Positions 1-8,258 are shown, counted from the first letter of the stretch. The stretch is 17,899 nucleotides of DNA from Candidatus Bathyarchaeia archaeon (GCA_038882655.1 JAVZNT010000017.1:1-17899); one strand, 5' to 3'. Numbers and translations are program-made. Notes: generated by a model from the sequence alone, not told the origin.

Positions 1-309
1 GGAATGAAGGCGGCTCACAATGGCGTAATAAACTTCAGCGTATTGGATGGTTGGTGGATTGAAGGATGGATAGAAGGCGTTACAGGATGGGCGATAGGGC
101 CAGAGCCTGGAGAACACGTTTCATCTGAAGAGCGAAGGGCTATGGAGCTTGAGGACTTTTATGGAAAATTGGAGTATTTAATTATTCCTTTGTATTATGA
201 GCGTAAAAATGAGTGGATAAGGATAATGAAAAACTCGATAGGGAAAATTGCGTGTCACTTCAACAGCCACAGAATGATGCACAGATACGTAACCGAAGCG
301 TATCTCTAA
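1..309 (+). CDS. glgP: Alpha-glucan (glycogen/maltodextrin) phosphorylase, C-terminal part; gene begins before the window
   Basis: Frame 1 is open from base 1: GMKAAHNGVINFSVLDGWWIEG matches the end of the PLP-lysine motif (GxSGMK..NG...S.LDGWW.E); C-terminal FNSHRMM..Y is also typical. Confidence 0.92.
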   Translation, partial: GMKAAHNGVINFSVLDGWWIEGWIEGVTGWAIGPEPGEHVSSEERRAMELEDFYGKLEYLIIPLYYERKNEWIRIMKNSIGKIACHFNSHRMMHRYVTEAYL

Positions 310-572
310 AATACTTCATATGTGCTACTCGTTTATTATTGAAATCGGTTCTTGATTTGATTCCGGCAACAGCGCTGAGGTCAATTGAGAATTTAAGAGA
401 TAACCCACAAACCAGCAGTTAAAGAGCGCATGCTTATTTGTCTTGGACTGCTGCGAGTTTACGGGTGACCACGACAATCGATTTAACAATAGGTGTTGGA
501 AATGAAATTTCTAAAATGACTCAAATAAGTCTTTTTTAGTTAAAATAAGCCTAAAATGAGCTTAAAATTTAA

Positions 573-647
573 TGCTCCGGGCGGGATTTGAACCCGCGTC
601 TCCGGCTCGAAAGGCCGGAATACTTGACCGGGCTATACTACCGGAGC
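573..647 (-). tRNA. tRNA-Glu (anticodon TTC), intron-less, CCA not encoded
   Basis: Reverse complement is GCTCCGG-TAGTATAGCCCGGTCAAGTATT-CCGGC-CTTTCGA-GCCGG-AGAC-GCGGG-TTCAAAT-CCCGC-CCGGAGC-A; acceptor, anticodon and T stems all pair. Confidence 0.96.
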
Positions 648-704
648 GCCATTGGCCCTATTTATATTTGGCATCATGCAAATATTTGCGGTTTCGTTTA
701 AACC

Positions 705-1880
705 TTATTCTTTTAGGGCTGTTTTTAAGCATTCTTTTAGTGGCGCCAAAATGGTTTCTGCCTTGTTCAAGGTAGGCGCATAATGGGCTGTTTTAGCCGA
801 GTTTGTCATTATTGTTTTTATTCCGAGTTTGTCCGTCCATGTGACCACGGCACATGTGTCTGTTAGAATTTTGGCGCCGCTTGCCTCAATCTTGTTCACA
901 TATGCTTTAGCCTTTTCTTTTATTAGGCGTGAGGTGCAAATCCAAAATTCAATGTCGCTTCTTACTTTTCGGTTTCTGATGGCGCTTGCGATTTCCTTGA
1001 TTTCACGGAGGGAACAGTGGGGACATCCAACAAAGACTAGGTCTGGTTTTCGTGTTGGGGCTGTTGTTAGCTCTGCCACGGTTTCTTTGATGTGTTTTTG
1101 TTCTATTGTTATCTTTTCAATCCCTCTTTCTGCTTTAGCTCTTTCTTTATAATGGAACATGTTCACCATTCCGGCAGAGGCGAGCGCGGCGCCCAACTGC
1201 TTCAAGTTTTCGGGCGACGGTTTTTTCAAGCCTTTGATTAGTGGGATTTTGTCTTCCAAAATTTTGCCAAGGAATATTCCCAAAGCTCCATAATCAACCT
1301 CGTCTTCAAGAGAAGCCTTAACTTCGGCGACAACTTTTGGCTTGCGGTTTTCAGCCCTATGCATTCCGCAGTCGGGTGTTTTGCCGATCATGGCTGCTGC
1401 TAGAGCACTTGGACCCCCTTCACGGTTTGTCCAAGCCTCTAAAACAGAGTTGACGTAAACGACAGCTGAGGATTCAGCCCATGCCAAGTGAATGCCTTTT
1501 CTTGGCTTTTTAATGTAGTAGGGTGTGCATGTGAAAGACTTTTGGAAGCCAAATTTATCGAAAATTTCGCAGAGTTTCAGCTGCATTTCAACAAGATTTT
1601 TCGGCAGCCTTATTGCTAAGTGTTTTGGATCCAAACTTTGAGGGTTAAGAGTGGCTTCCACAGCGACTTTTTCGCCGGCATCTGCCAAAGTTTCTAGAAA
1701 GTCTATGGGCGCCTCGCCGAGGGTTTTGTATGAAACTCCAGAGACGTGGGCGGAGTCAATTGGTATAAGCCTAGATGCGTCGAAAAGCTCTCCAAGTTTG
1801 ACAAGTATTTTCATGCAGACTTGCTTTGCCCAGCCATATTCGCCGTCGTAGATGCGCTCTTCCTCTTTTGTTAAATACGT
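705..1880 (-). CDS. Aconitase X catalytic subunit (DUF521), probable phosphomevalonate dehydratase large subunit
   Basis: Motifs HVSGVSY, TCTPY, AWAESSAV, GCPH, DTC (three putative Fe-S Cys) and TNSAK. The conserved N-terminus (x)YLTKEEERIYDGEYG extends 22 codons upstream of the called ATG (1814) to an ACG at 1878-1880. Confidence 0.88.
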   Translation of the reverse strand, partial: TYLTKEEERIYDGEYGWAKQVCMKILVKLGELFDASRLIPIDSAHVSGVSYKTLGEAPIDFLETLADAGEKVAVEATLNPQSLDPKHLAIRLPKNLVEMQLKLCEIFDKFGFQKSFTCTPYYIKKPRKGIHLAWAESSAVVYVNSVLEAWTNREGGPSALAAAMIGKTPDCGMHRAENRKPKVVAEVKASLEDEVDYGALGIFLGKILEDKIPLIKGLKKPSPENLKQLGAALASAGMVNMFHYKERAKAERGIEKITIEQKHIKETVAELTTAPTRKPDLVFVGCPHCSLREIKEIASAIRNRKVRSDIEFWICTSRLIKEKAKAYVNKIEASGAKILTDTCAVVTWTDKLGIKTIMTNSAKTAHYAPTLNKAETILAPLKECLKTALKE

Positions 1881-1884
1881 GCCT

Positions 1885-2301
1885 TTAACCCTCCGCTGAT
1901 TTTAGGATTTTAACGGTTCCTTTGTAGGCGTCAACCTCAACCAAGTCTCCACTGCTAATTCTGCCTATGTTTATTTGGTCTACCATGGGAATGCCGGCTA
2001 TAACTGCGCCAACAACAATGACTGGGTCAGCCTTTTGGTTTATTATGGCTTTTGGCGCCAAACCCTTTTTCGCCAGTGAGTATAAGACGTAGCTGCCGAC
2101 GGTTGAGCCGTGTCCATGTGGAAAGCATAAAACCTTATCTTTTACGGATTCGCCGTACAAGTCGTGCCTCCTTTCAATAATCTTTCCAGTTTCTGCGTCT
2201 ACGTCTCCAAGGAAACTTATGGGTTTAACAGAGACAAGTGCCTCTGCTTTACAATATCCCTCCACAATTCCACGCCCGCGCAAAATTGTGTACTTTGCCA
2301 T
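1885..2301 (-). CDS. Aconitase X swivel-domain subunit (DUF126), probable phosphomevalonate dehydratase small subunit
   Basis: Motifs ISFLGDVD..TG, FPHGHGSTVGSYVLY, APKAII, GAVIAGIP; directly adjacent to the DUF521 gene. Start is ATG 2301 or TTG 2316. Confidence 0.9.
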   Translation of the reverse strand: MAKYTILRGRGIVEGYCKAEALVSVKPISFLGDVDAETGKIIERRHDLYGESVKDKVLCFPHGHGSTVGSYVLYSLAKKGLAPKAIINQKADPVIVVGAVIAGIPMVDQINIGRISSGDLVEVDAYKGTVKILKSAEG

Positions 2302-2312
2302 TTTAGGCGCCT

Positions 2313-3599
2313 TCAATAGGATATTTTGGCTGACGATGGAATTTCGCCGAGGATTTTTGAGGCAGCTTCCGCCACCCTTCCACGATTTTTTTCATCCGTG
2401 TAAACCCTCAAAATGTTTATGAAACCTTTTAGGACTTCGAATATTCCGGAAATTTCGCTAAGTCTCTTAACCTCCTTCTCTCCATCGCGGGTTTTTCCAA
2501 AAACCGGAATTTCCATAGGCTCCATGAACATGGAATGGTGATATGGAACAGAAGGCACTGTTGGCACGTCAATTATTATGGTTTCAGGGTCTACTTTGGC
2601 GTCTTTGGCAATCTTGTTTCTTATCTGGTTGCGGAACTCTTCAGCACTGAAAATACTTGAAACAGTTTTGTCCTTAACGTAGAAGGTCTGCTCGTAGGCG
2701 CATTTCAGCATTTTCCGCCTTTCAAGATTTCTTATAATCGGGCTGGATTTCTTGCAGTTTTTTAACATAGTCCAAACCGTGTAGTCATCCATCGTCAAAT
2801 ACTCCTCTGGCGTCTTAAAGGCGGACAAACCTAACTCTTCATCCGCCTTTTCAAGGGCTGTTGCTAGCATTATTTGGGCTGCCCTTCCAACACGGTGAAA
2901 GTATATACTTTTGAAGGATTCTATCCGGGCTATTATGAAGGATTCAAGGGTTGAAAGTGCCCCAATATCAACGGCTAAGTTCCCATCCAAAACGTCGAAA
3001 GTGTGGATTAGACGGAAAACGTCCACGAAACCATACTCCGCGCCAGTGTGGTAAGTGTCCCTAACAACAAAATCCAACTTGTCGACATCTATGGAACTTC
3101 TTATTATTTGGTTTAGAAACGCTTTTTCATATATAGCCAAGGAGCCCACAGCAAGCTCAGCAATATCTTCGGCTTTATATCCAGAACTAGCAAGCACATC
3201 TTTAAGTTCACTGTGTTTAATTATCCACGCAGTTATGTCCTCATGAGTTTTGTTAAGCTTCTTCGTCAACAAATGTTCAAAAACATGGGAGAAAGGACCA
3301 TGCCCAACATCATGAAGTAAACCGGCAATTCGCACTGCCTCCGCCTCCTCTTCGCTTATCAGCTGGGAAATGTTTGGATTTTCAGCCACCTTACCAACCA
3401 AGTACATAACGCCTATAGAATGTTCAAAGCGTGTGTGATTAGCTCCAGGATAAACATATTCAGCGCCAGCCAACTGCCTCAGCCTACGGAGCCTCTGCAC
3501 GGGATAAGAGTCAATGATTTCTTTCTCTTCCTCTGTTACGTAGACGTACCCATGCACAGGATCCTTTATCTCGCCCCAATAGTTTTTCGGCATTGCCAA
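2313..3599 (-). CDS. HD-superfamily phosphohydrolase (COG1078; SAMHD1/dNTP triphosphohydrolase-like)
   Basis: Motifs IKDPVHG, QRLRRLRQL, HTRFEHSIG, LLHDVGHGPFSH, DVDKLD..RD, IYFH. Start is TTG 3599 or ATG 3593. Confidence 0.9.
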   Translation of the reverse strand: MAMPKNYWGEIKDPVHGYVYVTEEEKEIIDSYPVQRLRRLRQLAGAEYVYPGANHTRFEHSIGVMYLVGKVAENPNISQLISEEEAEAVRIAGLLHDVGHGPFSHVFEHLLTKKLNKTHEDITAWIIKHSELKDVLASSGYKAEDIAELAVGSLAIYEKAFLNQIIRSSIDVDKLDFVVRDTYHTGAEYGFVDVFRLIHTFDVLDGNLAVDIGALSTLESFIIARIESFKSIYFHRVGRAAQIMLATALEKADEELGLSAFKTPEEYLTMDDYTVWTMLKNCKKSSPIIRNLERRKMLKCAYEQTFYVKDKTVSSIFSAEEFRNQIRNKIAKDAKVDPETIIIDVPTVPSVPYHHSMFMEPMEIPVFGKTRDGEKEVKRLSEISGIFEVLKGFINILRVYTDEKNRGRVAEAASKILGEIPSSAKISY

Positions 3600-3677
3600 T
3601 TCTCCGGAGATTGCGGCTTAACAATTATTAATGCATACTCTTCTTATAATGTCTAATGCTGGATGGAGGACAACATA

Positions 3678-4277
3678 TTGGGAAAACGGGGTTTCTTCAT
3701 ATGTGTCGAAGGCTTGGATGGCTGCGGAAAAACAACTCAAGCCAAAATCCTAGTGAAAAAACTGCGGAGGATCGGCTATGATGCAGTTTACACGGCTGAA
3801 CCCAGTTGTGGAAAAATTGGAAGGTTCATAAAGAGGTACTGCCTTCATGGCGGCAAACGTGTCTCAAGTATAATTGAAGCATTACTTTTTGCGGCTGACC
3901 GATACGAACACGTAGAAACCGAAATAATTCCCGCTTTGAAAAATGGAAAAATAGTGGTTTCCGACCGCTATCTTTATTCCTCCTTGGCTTACCAAGGGGC
4001 TGCTGGGCTAAATTTAGACTGGATTAGAAGGATAAACGAGCATGCAATACCGCCTGATTTGGCGATTTTCATAGACGTCGAGCCAAACACGGTCATTAAG
4101 AGGCTAAAACCAAAAAAATCCGTCATGGAAAACCTTGAAACCCAACGTAAGGTTCGAGAAGTCTACATGAAATTTGTTGAAAACGGTGAACTTGTAAAGG
4201 TGAATGGAAACAAATCTAAGAGGGAAGTTGCCAAAGAAGTTTTGTCCACAGTTTTAAATTGCTTAAAAGGCGGCTAG
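3678..4277 (+). CDS. tmk: Thymidylate (dTMP) kinase
   Basis: P-loop EGLDGCGKTTQ, LLFAADR and DRY..SSLAYQG. GGAGGA at 3665-3670 favours TTG 3678 over ATG 3663 as the start. Confidence 0.95.
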   Translation: MGKRGFFICVEGLDGCGKTTQAKILVKKLRRIGYDAVYTAEPSCGKIGRFIKRYCLHGGKRVSSIIEALLFAADRYEHVETEIIPALKNGKIVVSDRYLYSSLAYQGAAGLNLDWIRRINEHAIPPDLAIFIDVEPNTVIKRLKPKKSVMENLETQRKVREVYMKFVENGELVKVNGNKSKREVAKEVLSTVLNCLKGG

Positions 4278-4774
4278 ACAATTCTCAAAACTCTTCTTGG
4301 AAAAAGTTGGTTAACCCTTTCCATAATTAGGTTGACGAGATCTTCTGGTGGCAAGTGTCTCGGTCCTCTCTCATGAAATATTAGTGCTTCCACGTAGCCC
4401 GTGTTAAATATTAGGCGGAGCATGTAGTAGTCAAACTTAAGCGGAGACCTCTTTCCATTATGCTCTTTATAGTATCGTATTGCACAGAAAAAATCTAATA
4501 ATCTGAGTGGAGCTTTGTGGATTTCTGTCAAAGCTTTCTGGGTCTCCTCCAAGTCCAGATAGTTGAATGTGTCGCCATCAGCTATTCCAAACTCGAAGGT
4601 GACCGTGCAGTCGGATGTGGAAGGGCTTGTGACATCTTCTAGGCGCAGGTTTTCGTTGTTAAGCTTCTTTAAGCACTTAATCACAGTCCTTTGAAGCGTT
4701 TTACTGGAAACGGTCGTGGCGAAGCGCCTAAACTTCTGCACGTTTACGGGAAAATTCTCGTAAAAACCAAGCAT
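4274..4774 (-). CDS. Hypothetical protein (166 aa)
   Basis: Clean ATG ORF with globular composition filling the gap; its stop overlaps the tmk stop in CTAG; co-oriented with UPF0148. No family recognised. Confidence 0.75.
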   Translation of the reverse strand: MLGFYENFPVNVQKFRRFATTVSSKTLQRTVIKCLKKLNNENLRLEDVTSPSTSDCTVTFEFGIADGDTFNYLDLEETQKALTEIHKAPLRLLDFFCAIRYYKEHNGKRSPLKFDYYMLRLIFNTGYVEALIFHERGPRHLPPEDLVNLIMERVNQLFPRRVLRIV

Positions 4775-4796
4775 GCCTTCGCCCTCGTCTAAAAGG

Positions 4797-5183
4797 TTAG
4801 ATTCTTTTGGCTTTTCTCACCTTCTCCAAATTTTCCAAAAGCCCAGAAAGCGCCGAGCCAAGCTTCTGAAGCTCCTCAACATTTGTTTCACGCTGCATCT
4901 TCTCCTGAATTTCCTGTATTTTCGCCAGCAAAGTAGCCTCAAGGGTTTCAAGGCTTAAAGCGCTTGTCACCTTTGTCAATTCAGTCTCTTCCTTAACAAC
5001 AATTACCTTTTTCTCGCATCTTGCACACCATAGTTCTCCACTCTTTAGCCTAAACAGAGGAGAAGCACAAACCGGGCAAGCCAGCTCTGTTAGGGTTTGA
5101 CCTTGGCGAAGTAAGTCAGCCATACGCTTAATATACTGGTCTTCAGCCGCTTTTGTATCCGTTTCCCTCGTGTTTTGCGACAT
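4797..5183 (-). CDS. UPF0148 / Sjogren autoantigen p27-like Zn-ribbon protein
   Basis: MADLLRQG..L..LACPVCASPLF...GELWCARC followed by a coiled-coil C-terminus; divergent from UPF0147. Confidence 0.85.
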   Translation of the reverse strand: MSQNTRETDTKAAEDQYIKRMADLLRQGQTLTELACPVCASPLFRLKSGELWCARCEKKVIVVKEETELTKVTSALSLETLEATLLAKIQEIQEKMQRETNVEELQKLGSALSGLLENLEKVRKAKRI

Positions 5184-5211
5184 TATCTCAAGCCTCGAAA
5201 ATAGATAGGCA

Positions 5212-5228
5212 TAAAAGCCTATATAACT
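5212..5228 (+). promoter_or_regulatory. Putative BRE/TATA element in the UPF0148/UPF0147 divergent intergenic region
   Basis: AAAAGCC-TATATAA about 35-40 nt before ATG 5261, followed by a GGTGA Shine-Dalgarno site. Confidence 0.45.
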
Positions 5229-5260
5229 TGATTATCTGAAATTGGTGTGGTGACACGCTT

Positions 5261-5539
5261 ATGGTTAGAAAGAAGAAACTTGAGGAATATGAGGAGCGAA
5301 TAAAACAAGCTATGACTGTGCTTGCTGAAGTTTCAGAAGACACAACAACTCCCCGCAACATTAGGAGGGCGGCTAAGGACTCGATGGACGCCTTACAGAC
5401 GACGGAGTTTACGCCCGCCGTTAGGGCTTCAAACGCCATATCAATACTAGACGAGATTCTGCAGGATCCGAACATGCCACCTTACACACGTGTAAAACTT
5501 TGGAACGTTATGAGCATACTTGAAGCCATAAAAGATTAA
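5261..5539 (+). CDS. UPF0147 family protein
   Basis: D.TTPRNIRRAA...AISILDEI..DPNMP..TR..LW pattern of the family; 92 aa. Confidence 0.9.
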   Translation: MVRKKKLEEYEERIKQAMTVLAEVSEDTTTPRNIRRAAKDSMDALQTTEFTPAVRASNAISILDEILQDPNMPPYTRVKLWNVMSILEAIKD

Positions 5540-5584
5540 AATGCTTGATACTAAATCACGCTTGTGATAGGGGTTGTATTTGCC

Positions 5585-5935
5585 ATGAAGGTTTTCCATT
5601 ATAGCGAAGTTAAGGCTAAGGAAGCCCAAGAAGAGGGAGCCTCAAAGCTGAGGGTTAGGTGGCTTATCACGAGGAATATGGGTGCCGAGAATTTTGCCAT
5701 GAGGCTTTTTGAAATGGAGCCGGGAGGATACAGTCCACTGCACACCCATCCATGGGAGCACGAAGTCTTCATTTTAGAAGGCGAAGGCATTGTTGTCGGT
5801 ACCAATGGGGAGAGAAGGTTTAAGCCCGGTGATGTGATTTTTGTACCACCCAATGAGAAGCATCAGTTTAGAAATGACGGGAACAAGGCTGTGAAGTTCC
5901 TTTGTCTTGTTCCTCATCACAATAAATCCAAATAA
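5585..5935 (+). CDS. Cupin-domain protein (metal-binding)
   Basis: PLHTHPWEHEVFILEGEG and PGDVIFVPPNEKHQF are the two cupin motifs. ATG 5585 is preferred over GTG 5564. Confidence 0.92.
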   Translation: MKVFHYSEVKAKEAQEEGASKLRVRWLITRNMGAENFAMRLFEMEPGGYSPLHTHPWEHEVFILEGEGIVVGTNGERRFKPGDVIFVPPNEKHQFRNDGNKAVKFLCLVPHHNKSK

Positions 5936-6035
5936 GACTTTGGATTTAGTCTAAGCCATCTTTGTGGTTTTGGGATTCGCTAAAAATATATGCTTGTTGT
6001 AACATCTAGTTTTGGGCTTCAAGAGGTATAGCGCT

Positions 6036-7436
6036 TTGAAATACGATGTAATAATTGTCGGCGCTGGTCCAGCCGGGATATTTTCAGCCCTTGAAATAGT
6101 TAGGAGAGCAAACCTCAACATATTAATGCTGGATAAGGGTCCGGATTTGGAGCGGAGAAAATGTCCAGCAAGCAGAGGCTTCGGATGTGTAAACTGCGAG
6201 CCATGCGGGCTTCTATGCGGTTGGGGTGGAGCTGGAGCCTTCAGCGACGGCAAACTAACCATATCCACAGAAGTTGGCGGCTGGCTAAACCAATACGTTT
6301 CAGAAAAGGAGCTGAACGAGCTGATAAATTATGTGGACAGCGTTTACATCAATTTTGGCGCCCCAAACCGCGTTTATGGCGAAGACGTAGAGAAGGTTGA
6401 GGAAATCGAAAGAAAGGCGTCATTAGCCGGACTAAAACTCGTCCACCAGAAGATTAGGCACATGGGTACAGAACGCTGCGCCCAAACTCTGCGGAAAATG
6501 CGCCAAGAACTAGACGGAAAAGTTGACATCAGAATGGGGAAAGATGTTAAAGGGCTCATAGTGAAAAACGGCGCCGTTGAAGGCGTTGAAACAGTTGACG
6601 GAGAAAAATTCTTCGGCAAATACGTTATCGTGGCGCCGGGAAGGGGCGGAGCAGAATGGCTTCAAACAGAAGCCCAAGCATTAGGCTTAAAAACACTTAA
6701 CAACCCCGTGGACGTGGGCGTCAGAGTGGAAGTTTTAGCCGCAGCAATGGAAGAGTTAACAAACATTCTTTATGAACCGAAATTCATTTACTATTCAAAG
6801 TTTTTCGACGACCAAGTTAGAACCTTCTGTGTAGCGCCCTACGGCGAGGTTATATCCGAATCCTACAATGGCGTCTTAACAGTTAATGGGCAAAGCTACG
6901 CAGAGCGGAAAACAGAAAACACAAACTTCGCCATTCTGGTTAGCACATCATTCACAGAGCCCTTCAAGGAACCAATAGCCTATGGAAAATATTTGGCGAG
7001 ACTTTCAAATCTCCTCAGCGGAGGCATACTCATACAGCGGTTAGGCGACTTGGAAGCTGGAAGACGCTCAACACCAGAAAGAATCGCAAGAAGCGTCGTA
7101 GCACCAACATTGAAGAACGCCACGCCCGGCGACCTAAGCTTCGTTTTGCCATACCGTTATCTTGCGGATATAAGGGAGATGCTTGAGGCTTTAGACAAGA
7201 TAGCTCCGGGAATACATTCAAGAGACACACTATTATACGGTGTTGAGGTGAAATTCTACTCTTCAAGGCTGGAGTTAAGCAGTGCCCTTGAAACGAAAAT
7301 AAGGAACCTATTTACAATAGGCGACGGCGCCGGAGTAACTAGGGGACTTATACAAGCATCAGCGTCAGGCGTTATAGTTGCAAGGGAAATTCTACGGCGT
7401 GAAAAACAGAAGGTTAGGGGAAATGTCAATAGTTAA
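6036..7436 (+). CDS. FAD/NAD(P)-dependent oxidoreductase (COG2509-like), function unknown
   Basis: YDVIIVGAGPAG, GWGGAGAFSDGKL, C-terminal IGDGAGVTRG, and an N-terminal four-Cys cluster. GAGGT precedes TTG 6036. Confidence 0.88.
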   Translation: MKYDVIIVGAGPAGIFSALEIVRRANLNILMLDKGPDLERRKCPASRGFGCVNCEPCGLLCGWGGAGAFSDGKLTISTEVGGWLNQYVSEKELNELINYVDSVYINFGAPNRVYGEDVEKVEEIERKASLAGLKLVHQKIRHMGTERCAQTLRKMRQELDGKVDIRMGKDVKGLIVKNGAVEGVETVDGEKFFGKYVIVAPGRGGAEWLQTEAQALGLKTLNNPVDVGVRVEVLAAAMEELTNILYEPKFIYYSKFFDDQVRTFCVAPYGEVISESYNGVLTVNGQSYAERKTENTNFAILVSTSFTEPFKEPIAYGKYLARLSNLLSGGILIQRLGDLEAGRRSTPERIARSVVAPTLKNATPGDLSFVLPYRYLADIREMLEALDKIAPGIHSRDTLLYGVEVKFYSSRLELSSALETKIRNLFTIGDGAGVTRGLIQASASGVIVAREILRREKQKVRGNVNS

Positions 7437-8175
7437 GGAGTTAAGCTGCTCCTACTGTGGTGCACCCATCTCTTTTAGGCCGGGCGAAATTATAGCTACA
7501 TGCAAGTACTGCGGCTACACTGTGGTGATTGAAACTGGGAAAGCCTTCACTTTTGAGCATTCAATGTTGCTAAACAAATATAACTTGGTGCAAGTAGAAG
7601 AACCCGTTAGAGGTTGGATGAGCTCTGGATTCTTAAAGCCAGCAGACCTAGCCAAAAAATCAAAAATAACTGAGAAGATGTTGACGTATCTTCCCTTCTG
7701 GATTATATCGGTGGAAGCCGAGAGCACTTACAAGGGCGTTTTTGAAAGGATAAGCCCGCCTATGGTGAAAAAGGGCAAGATTGCCAAAAAGTATGATTGG
7801 CTTGTCCTTGCAAGAAAAGCCACACAATTCCCAACAAAGGAATACGATGTACCGTTAGAAGGCAAGGTTCCCTACGATTTTAGAAAAGTCGAGGACTTCG
7901 CCAAAATATTAAACAGCGAAATCGACAGAGATGAGGCTGTTGAAATAGCAAAACAGCAAATTCTAGAGCATCATCGCTACTTGGCACAACAGGATGTCGA
8001 CAGAATCATTGAAATGAAAAACGAGATAAAAGTTGGTCAAACGGTCTACCTCCACGCGCCAATATGGTTCATAAAATATGAATATAAGGGCGAAATTTAC
8101 AATTTGTGGCTGGATGGAGCAACAGGAACAGTCGTAAAGGGGGATATACCAACAGCTAAATTTGGAATATTTTAG
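7423..8175 (+). CDS. Zn-ribbon domain protein, function unknown
   Basis: CSYCG..x14..CKYCG at the N-terminus; repeated LPFWI / APIWF motifs and C-terminal DGATG.V..GDIP. ATG 7423 overlaps the upstream gene by 14 nt. Confidence 0.8.
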   Translation: MSIVKELSCSYCGAPISFRPGEIIATCKYCGYTVVIETGKAFTFEHSMLLNKYNLVQVEEPVRGWMSSGFLKPADLAKKSKITEKMLTYLPFWIISVEAESTYKGVFERISPPMVKKGKIAKKYDWLVLARKATQFPTKEYDVPLEGKVPYDFRKVEDFAKILNSEIDRDEAVEIAKQQILEHHRYLAQQDVDRIIEMKNEIKVGQTVYLHAPIWFIKYEYKGEIYNLWLDGATGTVVKGDIPTAKFGIF

Positions 8176-8258
8176 ACTTAAGCCAAGCTTTTTTCTAAAC
8201 ATTTTTTATCTACATATTACGTGATTATGGATAGTGTCGTAGAGGTTTGAAAGGCACA

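Noticed and set aside
213-422. 69-aa ORF overlapping the glgP end
   Set aside because: The first half is an alternative frame of glgP; only the tail is considered, as a possible toxin remnant.
572-775. 67-aa plus-strand ORF (MLRAGFEPASPARKAG...)
   Set aside because: It is the antisense reading of tRNA-Glu, a classic spurious ORF.
4274-4277. Convergent stop codons overlapping in CTAG
   Set aside because: Common in compact genomes.
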